From a virus, in the IMG/VR virus record IMGVR_UViG_3300020215_000039: 40,589 bases of DNA. One strand, written 5' to 3'. Positions 40,569 to 40,589 of this stretch are shown one piece after another. Under the pieces are notes generated by a model. That model did not search any database. It worked only from the letters and a program-made list of their open reading frames with translations, and was not told where the DNA came from. Position 1 is the stretch's first letter. Each line of letters begins with the position of its first letter. Made by a program: the position numbers and the translations under genes.

Positions 40569-40589
40569 AATACGACGATTTCTGCGGTT
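40463..40589. repeat. Terminal overlap, right copy (identical to 1-127)
   Basis: Same 127-nt string as 1-127. Confidence 0.95.

Larger units (their letters stand above)
1..40589. mobile_element. Complete temperate tailed-phage genome on a circular contig (40,462 bp unique)
   Basis: Window ends overlap by 127 identical bp. Full packaging, head, tail, lysis, integration, immunity and replication gene set is present. Integrase and a tRNA-derived attP core are present. Confidence 0.85.

Noticed and set aside
1-40589. CRISPR array, reverse transcriptase/DGR, retron, transposase or IS elements, rRNA
   Set aside because: I looked for regularly spaced repeats, RT (YxDD) or transposase-like ORFs, and template/variable repeat pairs near the fibre genes. 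None was seen. The only tandem repeats are the iterons at 38.6 kb and the attP arm repeats.

Overview
The window is a complete, circularly closed genome of a temperate tailed phage. Bases 1-127 are identical to 40463-40589, leaving 40,462 bp of unique sequence. The breakpoint falls inside a CDS, so this looks like an assembly overlap rather than a physical terminal repeat.

Almost everything is on the + strand. The exception is a minus-strand lysogeny block at about 30.9-33.7 kb.

Layout:
- 0.1-4.0 kb: many tiny early or accessory ORFs. Several are zinc-ribbon-like, sit below the 60-aa track cutoff, and are chained by ATGA/TAATG overlaps.
- 4.0-5.2 kb: a coding-poor leader with one near-consensus promoter and three intrinsic terminators.
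- 5.2-13.4 kb: packaging and head genes (small terminase candidate, TerL, portal, scaffold, DUF5309/SU10-type major capsid protein).
- 13.4-27.6 kb: tail and virion block. It contains an embedded GT1-type glycosyltransferase, fibre-like proteins and a 1009-aa NHL-repeat protein. I saw no tape measure, tube or sheath, so a podovirus-like morphology is only an inference.
- 27.6-28.6 kb: lysis genes, including an M15-type endolysin.
- 28.7-30.7 kb: accessory genes.
- 30.7-30.93 kb: attP, made of a 46-nt tRNA-Asp(GTC) 3' fragment flanked by five TGCTACC repeats.
- 30.9-33.7 kb, minus strand: tyrosine integrase, RelE/ParE toxin with an untracked Phd/YefM-like antitoxin, a CsgG/LpoB-like lipoprotein and an HTH repressor.
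- 33.7-34.3 kb: divergent switch region.
- 34.3-40.6 kb: early and replication genes (excisionase-type HTH, SSB-like protein with a DIPF tail, Cas4-like nuclease, replication initiator with internal iterons, DnaC-like loader, VRR-NUC).

The most unusual signal is that six consecutive late-module proteins begin with classical cleavable Sec signal peptides. These include the ORF co-transcribed with the capsid gene and the largest tail protein, and a glycosyltransferase sits among them.

All functional calls are motif recognition by eye. No searches were run.
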